This document shows positions 35,212-44,333 of a stretch of DNA of 64,000 nt, piece after piece. The notes beneath the pieces were generated by a model. That model saw nothing but the letters and a program-made list of their open reading frames with translations, was not told the DNA's origin and did not search any database. The position numbers and the translations under genes are program-made. Position 1 is the first letter of the stretch; each line of letters opens with the position of its first letter. The stretch is from Candidatus Iainarchaeum sp. Its GTDB lineage: Archaea > Iainarchaeota > Iainarchaeia > Iainarchaeales > 1-14-0-10-31-34. The stretch lies in NCBI GenBank assembly GCA_017609625.1, contig JAFCDN010000002.1, positions 2,785 to 66,784 of the forward strand, written 5' to 3'.

Positions 35212-35775
35212 ATGGAAAGAACCTTAATTTTAATAAAACACGACGGAGTTCAAAGAGGATTAGTAGGAGAAATAATTAAAAGATTTGAACAAAAAGGATT
35301 AAAGATTGCAGGAATGAAAATGATTCAGGCAACAGAAGAAATGACAAAAAAACATTATGTAATAACACCAGAGTGGACTAAAAAACTTGGAGATAATACA
35401 AGAAAGTCAGCAGAAAAAAAAGGAAAAAAAGTAACAGAAACAGACGAAGAAATAGCAAAAAGAATTCACTCGTGGAACTCAGAGTATTTAATGGAAGGGC
35501 CATTAATAGCAATAGTGTTTGAAGGATACCATGCAATAGAAATCGGAAGAAAATCAATTGGAAGCACTGAAGCAAGAAAAGCAGATATAGGAACAATAAG
35601 AGGAGACTATTCAGTTGACTCATATGAAATAGCAGAAGACAAAAAAAGGTCTGTAAGAAATTTAATCCATGGTTCAGAAGATTCAATACAAGCAGACAAT
35701 GAAATCAATTTGTGGTTTACAAAAAAAGAACTGTATGACTACAAGAAAAAAGACTGGGAAATAATTTTTAAGTGA
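35212..35775 (+). CDS. ndk: Nucleoside diphosphate kinase
   Basis: MERTLILIKHDGVQRGLVGEIIKRFEQKGLKIAGMKM...NLIHGSED; ATG preceded by GGTGATAAA; the ORF track extends upstream to 35155. Confidence 0.85.
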   Translation: MERTLILIKHDGVQRGLVGEIIKRFEQKGLKIAGMKMIQATEEMTKKHYVITPEWTKKLGDNTRKSAEKKGKKVTETDEEIAKRIHSWNSEYLMEGPLIAIVFEGYHAIEIGRKSIGSTEARKADIGTIRGDYSVDSYEIAEDKKRSVRNLIHGSEDSIQADNEINLWFTKKELYDYKKKDWEIIFK

Positions 35776-35779
35776 TTAG

Positions 35780-36205
35780 ATGAAAGTACAGGTAAAAAAA
35801 CTACATCCAGACGTGAAAATGGAGTTTGCACACAAAGGAGACTCAGGAATAGATTTGTATTCAGCAGAAACAACAGAAATTTCTCCAGGAGAAATCAAAC
35901 TAATAAAAACAGGAATAAAGATTGCAATCCCAGAAGGATTTGAAGGGCAGATAAGACCAAAATCCGGTTTAGCTCTGAATAAAGGAATCACAGTATTAAA
36001 CACTCCAGGAACAATTGACTCAGGATACAGAGGAGAAATAGGAGTAATAGCAATCAACCATGGAAAAGAAAAATTTACTGCAGAAAAAGGAAAAAAAATT
36101 GCACAGTTAGTTTTTAACAAAATTGAAACTCCAGAAATAGAAATAGTAGAAGAGCTAAAAGAAACCACAAGAGGAGAAGGCGGATTTGGTTCAACAGGGT
36201 TGTAG
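35780..36205 (+). CDS. dut: dUTP diphosphatase
   Basis: 141 aa; GDSGIDLYS...GTIDSGYRGEIGVIAIN...RGEGGFGSTG. Confidence 0.85.
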   Translation: MKVQVKKLHPDVKMEFAHKGDSGIDLYSAETTEISPGEIKLIKTGIKIAIPEGFEGQIRPKSGLALNKGITVLNTPGTIDSGYRGEIGVIAINHGKEKFTAEKGKKIAQLVFNKIETPEIEIVEELKETTRGEGGFGSTGL

Positions 36206-36208
36206 TAT

Positions 36209-37945
36209 ATGATAAGAAAACCAATAATCACAGTTTTAGGACACGTTGACTCAGGAAAAACTAGTTTCTTGGATATGATTAGAGGAACAAAAATTGTTTC
36301 ACAAGAAGCAGGAGCAATAACACAACATATTGGAGCAACAGAAGTTCCAATAGAAGTAGTAAAAGAAATGGCAGGAGAACTTACAAAAAAATACGGTTTT
36401 GAATTAAAGATTCCTGGATTGTTGTTTATTGATACTCCAGGGCACCAGGCGTTTTCAAATCTGAGAAAAAGGGGGGGAAGCATTGCAGACCTTGCTGTTT
36501 TAACTGTAGACACAATAAAAGGATGTGAACAACAGACACTGGAAGCAATTGATATACTCAATGCATTTAAAGTTCCGTTTATTATTGCAATGACAAAAAT
36601 AGACAAACTACAGGGATGGGAATCAAAAAAAACAAGCTTTACTGAAAGCAAAAAAAATCAAAGCAAAACAGTTTTAGATGAGCTGGACAAAAAATTATAC
36701 TGCATTGTAGGAGAAACACACAAAAAAGGATTTCAGACAGAAAGAGTCGACAGAATAGAAGATTTCACAAAAGAAATTCCAATAATTCCAATCTGCAATA
36801 AAACAGGGGAAGGGTTTCCAGAAGTATTATTGTTTTTGGCAGGGTTAAGCCAAAAGTATCTGGAAAAAAAATTAACAATAGAAGTAAGCGGAAAAGGAAA
36901 AGGAACAGTATTAGAAGTAAAAGAAGAAAAAGGATTAGGAAAAACAATTGATGTTATTTTGTATGACGGAAAAATAAAAACAGGAGACAGGATTTTATTA
37001 GGCGGAAAAGAAGGAATAATAGAAACAAAAGTCCGTGCAATTTTACTGCCAAACCCTTTAGATGAAATAAGGGCTCCGCAGGAAAAATTCAATTCAGTTA
37101 AAGAAGTTCATGCGGCTTCAGGATTAAAAATTGCAGCACCAAATCTTGACAAGGCCTTAGCAGGTTCTCCAATTAGAGTTGAAGCAGGGCATGAAGCAAT
37201 AGAAGAAATAAAAAAAGAAATTCAGTCAATCAAGATTGATTCAGAAGAAGCAGGAGTAATAGTAAAAACAGATACACTTGGCTCATTAGAGGCAACAGTA
37301 AAAATGCTTGAAGAAAAAGAAATTAAAGTAAGAAAAGCAGATGTAGGAGAAGTAACAAGAAGAGATGTAATAGAAGCAGAAGGAGTAAAAGAAAAAGACA
37401 AAATAAAAGCAGTGATACTCTCATTTAACACTAAAGTTAATCCAGAAGCAGTAGAAGAAGCAAAAAAAAATGAAATAAAAATTTTCAGTGAAAAAATAAT
37501 TTATGCTTTAATAGAAAACTATGAAAAATGGATTTTAGAAGAAAGAGATAAAGCAAAAAAAGCTTTTTTGAGTGAAATAGTTTTGCCTGCGAAAATAAAA
37601 TTAATGCCGGAAAATGTTTTCAGGAATTCAAAGCCGGTTATAATCGGAGCAAAAGTATTGGAAGGAAAACTAAAAGCAGGAGTAAAAGTAATGAAAAAAG
37701 GAAAAATAATAGGAAAAGTCCAGGCAATACAAGATAAAGGAGAAAACATTCAGGAAGCAGAAAAAGGAAGCGAAGTTGCAATTTCAATCAGCGATGCTAC
37801 GCTTGGAAGGAATATAGAAAAAAACGATGAACTAATGAGTTTTGTTCCAAAAGAACATATAGAGAGATTAGAAAAAAGTGATGTTTTAACTGAAGAAGAA
37901 AAAAAATTACTGGAAAAAATAAAAGATGCTATAAAGGAGGAATAA
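36209..37945 (+). CDS. infB: Translation initiation factor aIF5B (IF-2 homolog)
   Basis: 578 aa; VLGHVDSGKTSFLDMIRG...DTPGHQAF...; canonical ndk-infB order. Confidence 0.9.
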   Translation: MIRKPIITVLGHVDSGKTSFLDMIRGTKIVSQEAGAITQHIGATEVPIEVVKEMAGELTKKYGFELKIPGLLFIDTPGHQAFSNLRKRGGSIADLAVLTVDTIKGCEQQTLEAIDILNAFKVPFIIAMTKIDKLQGWESKKTSFTESKKNQSKTVLDELDKKLYCIVGETHKKGFQTERVDRIEDFTKEIPIIPICNKTGEGFPEVLLFLAGLSQKYLEKKLTIEVSGKGKGTVLEVKEEKGLGKTIDVILYDGKIKTGDRILLGGKEGIIETKVRAILLPNPLDEIRAPQEKFNSVKEVHAASGLKIAAPNLDKALAGSPIRVEAGHEAIEEIKKEIQSIKIDSEEAGVIVKTDTLGSLEATVKMLEEKEIKVRKADVGEVTRRDVIEAEGVKEKDKIKAVILSFNTKVNPEAVEEAKKNEIKIFSEKIIYALIENYEKWILEERDKAKKAFLSEIVLPAKIKLMPENVFRNSKPVIIGAKVLEGKLKAGVKVMKKGKIIGKVQAIQDKGENIQEAEKGSEVAISISDATLGRNIEKNDELMSFVPKEHIERLEKSDVLTEEEKKLLEKIKDAIKEE

Positions 37946-37946
37946 A

Positions 37947-38438
37947 ATGAACATAGTAATAAGTGACCCAAAAACAGGAAAAGCTTATGGAAAAAAAATA
38001 GAAACAACTGCATTATTGCTTAATAAAAAAATAGGAGAAGAAGTAAAGCTGGATTCAATTGGATTAGAAGGATATACAGCAAAAATTACAGGCGGAAGCG
38101 ACAAACAAGGTTTTCCAATGAGACAAGATGTTCCAGGATTAATGAGAAAAAAGATTTTCACAAGCGGTGGAGCAGGATTTCATCCTGAAAAAAAAGGCCA
38201 AAGGAAAAGAATAAGTGTAAGAGGAAATGTAATAGGAGAAGAAACAGAACAAGTTAATTTAGCAATAATAAAACAAGGAAGCAAAAAGCTGGAAGAATTA
38301 TTTAAAACAGAAGAAAAACCAAAAGAAGAAAAAAAAGAAACAGCAAAAGAAAAACTGGTTAAAGAATCATTAGAAACAGCTGGAAAAGTTGAAGTAGCAG
38401 GAGACTCAAAAACAGCAAAAGGAAAAGTAAGAAAGTGA
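37947..38438 (+). CDS. rps6e: 30S ribosomal protein S6e (eS6)
   Basis: 163 aa; MNIVISDPKTGKAYGKKIE...GGSDKQGFPMRQDV... Confidence 0.9.
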   Translation: MNIVISDPKTGKAYGKKIETTALLLNKKIGEEVKLDSIGLEGYTAKITGGSDKQGFPMRQDVPGLMRKKIFTSGGAGFHPEKKGQRKRISVRGNVIGEETEQVNLAIIKQGSKKLEELFKTEEKPKEEKKETAKEKLVKESLETAGKVEVAGDSKTAKGKVRK

Positions 38439-38439
38439 T

Positions 38440-39645
38440 GTGTTGAAAAAAGTGCAGAAAATAGAACAAGCAGAAGCAAACATTGGATTAATAGGCCATG
38501 TAGACCACGGCAAAACCTCAATAACAAAAGCTTTAAGCGGAAAATGGACTGACACTCATTCAGAAGAACTGAAAAGAGGAATTTCAATCAGATTAGGTTA
38601 TGCTGATGCAGTGTTCTATAAATGCACCAAATGCAAAGGAGCAGAAGCATTTATGACAGAAGAAACCTGCCCCTCATGCGGAAAAAAAGCAAAAAAATTA
38701 AGGAAAATAAGTTTTGTTGACGCGCCAGGGCACGAAACATTAATGACTACAATGCTTTCAGGCGCTGCATTAATGCACGGAGCAATACTAGTGATTGCAG
38801 CAAACGAAAAATGCCCTCAGCCAAGAACAAAAGAACACCTTATGGCATTAAAAATCAGCGGAATAAAAAACATTGTTGTAGCACAAAACAAAATAGATTT
38901 AGTTGACAAAAAAACTGCAGTGCAAAACCATAAAGACATAGAAAAGTTTCTGAAAGAATTTGGTTTTGATGCTCCAATAATTCCAACAGCAGCACACTTT
39001 GGAACAAACATGGATCTGCTAATAGAAGCAATAGAAAAAAATATTCCTTCACCAAAAGTTGACCCAAAAAAACCTGCAAAAATGTATGTTGCAAGAAGCT
39101 TTGACATAAACAAGCCAGGAGCAAGACCAAAAGAAATTGTCGGCGGAGCATTAGGCGGAACAATAGTTCAAGGAAAAATAAAAGAAGGAGAAGAATTAGA
39201 ATTAAGCCCTGGAATAAACAACAAAAAAACAAAAATAAAAGTTGTAGAGCTGAATATAGCAGGCGGAAAAATAAAAGAAGCAGTTCCAGGAGGACTGATT
39301 TCAATTAAAACACTGATAGACCCTAATCTGACAAAAAATGACCAGATGAAAGGGAATATCATAGGAAAAATTGACACATTGCCTGAAGCAGTTTCAAACA
39401 TAAAAATGAAAATAAATTACTTTAAAAGAGAAATAGCAGACATTAATATAGAACTAAAACAAGGAGAAACAATAGTTTTAAGCGCAGGAACTTCCACAAC
39501 AATAGGAAATATTGTTTCAATGAAAAAAGGTTTAGTTGAAGTGGAATTAAAAGTTCCGGTTACAGTAGAAAAAAACCAAAAGATTGCAGTAAGCAAAAGA
39601 GACGGAACAAGATGGAGACTGATAGCATATGGAGAAGTTGAATAA
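38440..39645 (+). CDS. eif2g: Translation initiation factor aIF2 gamma subunit, GTG start
   Basis: 401 aa; NIGLIGHVDHGKTSITKAL...zinc ribbon CTKCKG...CPSCG...DAPGHE. Confidence 0.9.
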   Translation: MLKKVQKIEQAEANIGLIGHVDHGKTSITKALSGKWTDTHSEELKRGISIRLGYADAVFYKCTKCKGAEAFMTEETCPSCGKKAKKLRKISFVDAPGHETLMTTMLSGAALMHGAILVIAANEKCPQPRTKEHLMALKISGIKNIVVAQNKIDLVDKKTAVQNHKDIEKFLKEFGFDAPIIPTAAHFGTNMDLLIEAIEKNIPSPKVDPKKPAKMYVARSFDINKPGARPKEIVGGALGGTIVQGKIKEGEELELSPGINNKKTKIKVVELNIAGGKIKEAVPGGLISIKTLIDPNLTKNDQMKGNIIGKIDTLPEAVSNIKMKINYFKREIADINIELKQGETIVLSAGTSTTIGNIVSMKKGLVEVELKVPVTVEKNQKIAVSKRDGTRWRLIAYGEVE

Positions 39646-40005
39646 GGTTGTATTAGATACAAATATGCTGCTGGCAATAGGAGAATTAAAGATAGATGTA
39701 ATTGAGGAACTAGAAAAAGAACTGGGAAGAACTGAATTTTTTGTGCCAGAAGAAGTAACAAAAGAACTGGAAAAACTGAAAAAAACAGGAAGAACAAAAA
39801 AAGTTAATGCAGAAATTGCAGAAAAGATTATAGAAAAACATTGCAGGATATTAAAAGGTAAAAAAAAAAAGCTGATAAACGAATGGAAGAATTAGCAGGA
39901 GAATATATTATAGCAACAAATGACAAAGAGCTGAGAATGAAGATAAAAAAGAAAGGTTTTAAAACAGCATTCATAAGGCAAAAAAAGCTTATTGTTGTTG
40001 AATAG
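39629..40005 (+). pseudogene. PIN-domain protein (conserved archaeal aIF2gamma/RpoE' neighbour) interrupted by a -1 frameshift at an A11 homopolymer
   Basis: N-terminal ORF 39629-39895 (MEKLNKVVLDTNMLLAIGEL...) ends just after AAAAAAAAAAA at 39861-39871; the -1 frame continues ...LAGEYIIATNDKELRMKIKKKGFKTAFIRQKKLIVVE*; inserting one A restores a ~125-aa PIN protein. Confidence 0.5.
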
Positions 40006-40020
40006 ATAAGGAGGAAGAAA

Positions 40021-40620
40021 ATGTATGCAATAATTTCTTTGAAAGACACTGTAAGGGTTCCGCCAAAAGAATTCGGAAAAAAACTAGAGCAATCCATACT
40101 CAAAATACTAAAAGAAGAGTATGAAGGAATCGTGGATGAAAGCATTGGAGTAATGGTTGCAGTACTGGAAGTAGAAAAAGTAGGCGAAGGCAAAGTAATT
40201 CCAGGAGACGGAGCAGCATATTATGAATCAGAATACAAGGCTCTAGTGTATAAACCAGAAGTAAAAGAAATAGTTGAAGGAACCATAACAGAAATAACAG
40301 AATTCGGTGCATTTGTAAGAACCGGGCCAATAGAAGGATTAATTCACGTAAGCCAGATAATGAACGACTATATTAATTACGATGCAAAAGGACCAGGGTT
40401 TATCGGAAAAGAATCAAACAAAAGGCTTGGATTAGAAGACGAAGTAATAGCAAAAATTGTAACATGCAGTCTAAAAGGGAATATTCCAAACTCAAAATTA
40501 GGCTTAACAATGAGACAGCCAGGATTAGGAAGAGAAGAATGGTTAGGAATTGACTTGAAAAAAAAGACAAAAGAAAAAAAAATAAGAGAAGCAAAAAAAG
40601 AGGAAAAAAAGAAAAAATAA
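40021..40620 (+). CDS. rpoE: DNA-directed RNA polymerase subunit E' (Rpo7) with a K-rich C-terminal tail
   Basis: 199 aa; ...GIVDESIGVMVAVLEVEKVGEGKVIPGDGAAYYESEYKALVYKP...S1 domain; preceded by AGGAGG. Confidence 0.85.
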   Translation: MYAIISLKDTVRVPPKEFGKKLEQSILKILKEEYEGIVDESIGVMVAVLEVEKVGEGKVIPGDGAAYYESEYKALVYKPEVKEIVEGTITEITEFGAFVRTGPIEGLIHVSQIMNDYINYDAKGPGFIGKESNKRLGLEDEVIAKIVTCSLKGNIPNSKLGLTMRQPGLGREEWLGIDLKKKTKEKKIREAKKEEKKKK

Positions 40621-40634
40621 AAGAGAGTGGTTAA

Positions 40635-40829
40635 ATGGCAAAAGGAAAAGCATGTAGGGATTGTAGAAAAGTAATAGAAGAAGGAGACAAATGCCCTAAC
40701 TGCGGAGGAACAAGCTTTACAACATTCTGGAGAGGCTATGTAGTAATAACTGATCCTGAAAATTCAGAAATCGCAAAAAAAATGGGTATAACTACAACAG
40801 GAAAACATGCACTAAGATTAAGCAGATAA
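40635..40829 (+). CDS. spt4: Transcription elongation factor Spt4 (RpoE'')
   Basis: 64 aa; KACRDCRKVIEEGDKCPNCGGTSFTTFWRGYVVITDPENSEIAKKMGI. Confidence 0.85.
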   Translation: MAKGKACRDCRKVIEEGDKCPNCGGTSFTTFWRGYVVITDPENSEIAKKMGITTTGKHALRLSR

Positions 40830-40850
40830 AAAAAAGGAGATGAAACACAA

Positions 40851-41213
40851 ATGAAAGTAGAAATAACTAGCAAAAAAACCAATCCATTGCTTTCAAGAGA
40901 AGAAATAGAATTCACAGTAAAAGAAATAACAGCAACACCAAAAATAGAAGACTTAAGAGTGAAAGTTGCTTCATTAACAGAAGGAAACAGCGATACAACA
41001 GTAATAACAGAAATAAAACAAAAATTCGGAAGAAAAGAATTCACTGGAAAAGCAAGAGTGTATAAAGAAAAAGAAAAAATGAAAAAAACAGAATTAAAGC
41101 ATATTTTAGGAAGAAACTTCAAGGAAGAAGGAGAAAAACAGAAAAAAGAAAAAACAGAAAAAAAAGCAGCAAAAGAAAAAAAGAAACTGGAAAGCAAAAA
41201 GAAAAAAAAGTAA
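40851..41213 (+). CDS. rps24e: 30S ribosomal protein S24e (eS24) with a K/E-rich tail
   Basis: MKVEITSKKTNPLLSREEIEFTVKE...TVITEIKQKFGRKEFTGKARVYK. Confidence 0.85.
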   Translation: MKVEITSKKTNPLLSREEIEFTVKEITATPKIEDLRVKVASLTEGNSDTTVITEIKQKFGRKEFTGKARVYKEKEKMKKTELKHILGRNFKEEGEKQKKEKTEKKAAKEKKKLESKKKKK

Positions 41214-41225
41214 ATAGGTGAAGGC

Positions 41226-41423
41226 ATGGCAAAAAAAACCAAAAAAAAACATAAGAAAATAAAGAAAGGCGAAAAATACACAGTAAAAGATTCAGAGCTG
41301 AAAAGAAAAGGCAAATTCTGCCCTAAATGCGGTTCAGGAGTTTTTATGGCAGAACACAAAGACAGGCATTCATGCGGAACCTGCTCTTACACTGAATGGA
41401 AACAAAAAGGGGAACAAAAATAA
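41226..41423 (+). CDS. rps27ae: 30S ribosomal protein S27ae (eS31)
   Basis: 65 aa; [29 protein letters not shown]. Confidence 0.85.
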   Translation: MAKKTKKKHKKIKKGEKYTVKDSELKRKGKFCPKCGSGVFMAEHKDRHSCGTCSYTEWKQKGEQK

Positions 41424-41956
41424 TCCAAAAAATACTTTCAATAATTTTTCTTGATTTAATCCTCCTATTGCCTTTAATCTACTATTACGGAAAACATAAA
41501 AGAGCAGGAAAAGCTTTAGCTGAGATTGGAATAAAAAGAATTGACAGCAAAGAACTCACAATAAAATCTCTGCAATTAATTGCAATACTGCTTTTGATTG
41601 CATTGTCTGTTTCGTTTTTTACTTCACTGCTTGGATTAAATGACTTGGAAAAAGTAACAGAAGTAATTGAACAAATAGGAAGAACCTCTCCAATAATTTT
41701 TTTATATTATTTGACTGTAAGGGTTGTTACAGAAGAGATTTTTTTCAGGGGATTTTTAGTTAAAAAAACAGGAGTGTTTTTTTCTGCAGTACTTTTTGGG
41801 CTTGCGCATTTTATGTATGGTTCAATAACAGAAGTTTTCGGCGCATTTGTTGCAGGATTGTTTTTGGCTTGTTACTATAAAAAAAATAATAACTTGCTTC
41901 CAAACATTATAGGGCATATGGCATACAACGCAGTTGTATTTTTGCTGGTGTTTTAA
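41396..41956 (+). CDS. CPBP-family intramembrane metalloprotease (CAAX protease / Abi-like)
   Basis: [18 protein letters not shown] and [10 protein letters not shown] motifs; multi-TM; the true start may be an internal Met. Confidence 0.65.
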   Translation: METKRGTKIIQKILSIIFLDLILLLPLIYYYGKHKRAGKALAEIGIKRIDSKELTIKSLQLIAILLLIALSVSFFTSLLGLNDLEKVTEVIEQIGRTSPIIFLYYLTVRVVTEEIFFRGFLVKKTGVFFSAVLFGLAHFMYGSITEVFGAFVAGLFLACYYKKNNNLLPNIIGHMAYNAVVFLLVF

Positions 41957-42540
41957 TGAATCCAAAAGTAAAAACAGCCGTTTTTGTGCTGAAAAAAAAA
42001 GGAATAATAGTTTATCCAACAGAAACAAGCTATGGAATAGGCTGTAAAATTTCTGACACTAAATCAGTAAAAAAAATACGGGAAATAAAAGGCAACAGGG
42101 AAAAGCCGTTTATTGTTCTTGTTTCAGGAAAAGAGATGGCAAAAAAAATTGGGGAAATTAACGGAAAAGCAGAAAAGCTTATGGAAAAATTCATGCCAGG
42201 CCCGCTTACAATTGTCGTGCAGGCAAAAAATATTCCAAAAGAAGTCTGCGGAAAAACAATTGCAATAAGAATTTCTTCAAATGAAATTGCAAATGAAATA
42301 GTAAAAACACTTGAAGAACCTTTGATTTCAACCAGTGCAAATTTATCCGACGAAAAGCCTATTTTTTCTTTTAAAAAAGCTGTTGAAGTTTTTGGAAAAA
42401 AAGTTGACTTTATTCTCAACGCTGGAGAATTAGAAGAAACAGAGCCAAGCACTATTTACAGCATTCCTGAAAAAAAGGCTTTAAGAAAAGGAAAAATTTC
42501 AGAAAAAGAAATTGAAAAAGTTTTGGAAGGGAAAAATTAG
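41956..42540 (+). CDS. tsaC: L-threonylcarbamoyladenylate synthase (Sua5/YrdC/TsaC)
   Basis: 194 aa; VYPTETSYGIGC, REKPFIVLV, PGPLTIVV, ISTSANLS. Confidence 0.8.
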   Translation: MNPKVKTAVFVLKKKGIIVYPTETSYGIGCKISDTKSVKKIREIKGNREKPFIVLVSGKEMAKKIGEINGKAEKLMEKFMPGPLTIVVQAKNIPKEVCGKTIAIRISSNEIANEIVKTLEEPLISTSANLSDEKPIFSFKKAVEVFGKKVDFILNAGELEETEPSTIYSIPEKKALRKGKISEKEIEKVLEGKN

Positions 42541-42998
42541 GTTAAATCCTTTTCCAGCTGAATTAAATCCATTTTAACTCCATATTTTTGTGCAGTAATT
42601 TTTCTTCTAATTTTATACCCAAAATGCTGTAAAACTTTTATTAACTGTTTAGATTCCGGATTAACTCGGGATATTGCTTTATTATGCCCTGCTCTTCTTA
42701 CGATTTGTTCAGCGCTTTTTAAAGCAGAAAGTGAACCTCTTACATTTCTATGTTGCGGCAATACAGAAAACCCGCCTATTTCTGCTGTCTGCAAATCAAT
42801 TGAAACTGTTCCAATTTTGTTTCCTTTACTGTCTCTCATAAAATACCAGTTTCTTTTATCTGAAACTAATTCCTGTCTGTTTCTAGGAACAACAAGAAAA
42901 CGAGAATTTATCTTTTTCATTAAATCAATAGCTAATTGAGGCTGGACAGTTTTTGGCCCTTTTCTGACAGGAACAAGATTAACAGGCTTTTTTGGCAT
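42537..42998 (-). CDS. GNAT-family N-acetyltransferase (RimI-like), antisense between tsaC and kae1
   Basis: 153 aa; ...GTVSIDLQTAEIGGFSVLPQHRNVRGSLSALKSAEQIV... acetyl-CoA-binding Q/RxxGxG/A-type motif. Confidence 0.55.
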   Translation of the reverse strand: MPKKPVNLVPVRKGPKTVQPQLAIDLMKKINSRFLVVPRNRQELVSDKRNWYFMRDSKGNKIGTVSIDLQTAEIGGFSVLPQHRNVRGSLSALKSAEQIVRRAGHNKAISRVNPESKQLIKVLQHFGYKIRRKITAQKYGVKMDLIQLEKDLT

Positions 42999-43058
42999 GA
43001 AAGAAATTAACCACTATAAGAATAAAAGATTAAGCCAACCAAAAAAATATGAGAAAAA

Positions 43059-44042
43059 ATGATTTCACTTGGAATTGAAAGCACTGCACATACTTTTGGA
43101 ATAGGAATAGTAAATGAAAAATGCAGAATTCTTGCAAATGAAAAAGAAAGCTATGTGAAAAAAGATTCAGTTGGAATTCATCCAAGAGAAGCAGCAGATT
43201 TTCATTATAAAAACGCAGGGAAAGTAATTGAAAGCGCACTGGAAAAATCTGGAGTTTCTTGGAAAGAAATTGATTTAGTTAGCTTTGCTAGAGGTCCGGG
43301 GCTTGGAAACTGTTTACGGGTAGGAGCAGTAGTAGCCAGAACAAAGGCTCTTCTACATAAGAAACCTTTGGTTGGAGTCAACCACTGCATATCACACATT
43401 GAAATTGGAAAGAAATTAACCAAAGCAAAAGACCCTGTAACCTGTTATGCTTCCGGCGCCAATACGCAGATTATTGCTTTGGAAAAAGAAAGATACAGGA
43501 TTTTTGGGGAAACATTAGATATTGGAATAGGAAATTTTTTGGATGTTTTTGGAAGAGAAATTGGATTAGGTTTTCCTGCAGGGCCAAAAATGGATAAAAT
43601 TTATTTTACTGCAAAAAATTTTTTAGAACTGCCTTATACTGTTAAAGGAATGGATCTGGCTTTCTCCGGACTGCTTACTGCAGGAAAGCAAAAAATTGGA
43701 AAATTTGAAAAAGAGGATTTGGTTTTCAGTTTAATGCATAATGCTTTTGCAATGCTTACTGAAGTAAGTGAAAGAACTCTGGCGCATACCGGAAAAAAAG
43801 AATTACTGCTTACAGGAGGAGTTGCTGCAAGCAAGGCTTTAAGAGAAATGATGGAAAAAATGTGCAGGCAGAGGAAAGCAAAAATGTTTGTTCCTCCAAG
43901 AGAAACTTGCGTGGACAACGGCGGAATGATAGCCTGGCAAGGACTGTTAGAATTTAAGGCAGGAAAAAGAAATAGAATAAAAGACAGCAGAATTCTGCCA
44001 AAACAGAGAACTGACCAGATTAAAGTCAGCTGGAAGAATTAA
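43059..44042 (+). CDS. kae1: tRNA N6-adenosine threonylcarbamoyltransferase Kae1/TsaD (not fused to Bud32)
   Basis: 327 aa; MISLGIESTAHTFGIGIV...VNHCISHIEIGK... Confidence 0.9.
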   Translation: MISLGIESTAHTFGIGIVNEKCRILANEKESYVKKDSVGIHPREAADFHYKNAGKVIESALEKSGVSWKEIDLVSFARGPGLGNCLRVGAVVARTKALLHKKPLVGVNHCISHIEIGKKLTKAKDPVTCYASGANTQIIALEKERYRIFGETLDIGIGNFLDVFGREIGLGFPAGPKMDKIYFTAKNFLELPYTVKGMDLAFSGLLTAGKQKIGKFEKEDLVFSLMHNAFAMLTEVSERTLAHTGKKELLLTGGVAASKALREMMEKMCRQRKAKMFVPPRETCVDNGGMIAWQGLLEFKAGKRNRIKDSRILPKQRTDQIKVSWKN

Positions 44043-44262
44043 AGCGTTTTGTAAGGAAGTACGAAATTAAGAAAGCAATTATTCCTATAATAAATGCAAT
44101 AATTAAGAGAGTCGGATGAAACAATGTTGAATTAAAACAGGCTTCTTTTGAAATATCTGTGCAAATATTAGAGTCTGCCACAAAAAAAAGCACTAATGCA
44201 AAAACTATTACTGCAATCACTAAACTAATTACAACATTCTTTTTCATAAATAAGTTATACAA
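44026..44262 (-). CDS. Hypothetical small membrane protein
   Basis: 78 aa, 2 TM. Confidence 0.3.
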   Translation of the reverse strand: MYNLFMKKNVVISLVIAVIVFALVLFFVADSNICTDISKEACFNSTLFHPTLLIIAFIIGIIAFLISYFLTKRFNSSS

Positions 44263-44333
44263 AAAGAGATATTTAATGCTTTTGTTTTTCTTAGGAAAAG
44301 TTTTTTCTATAAAAAAAATAGGGAAAGAGGGGT

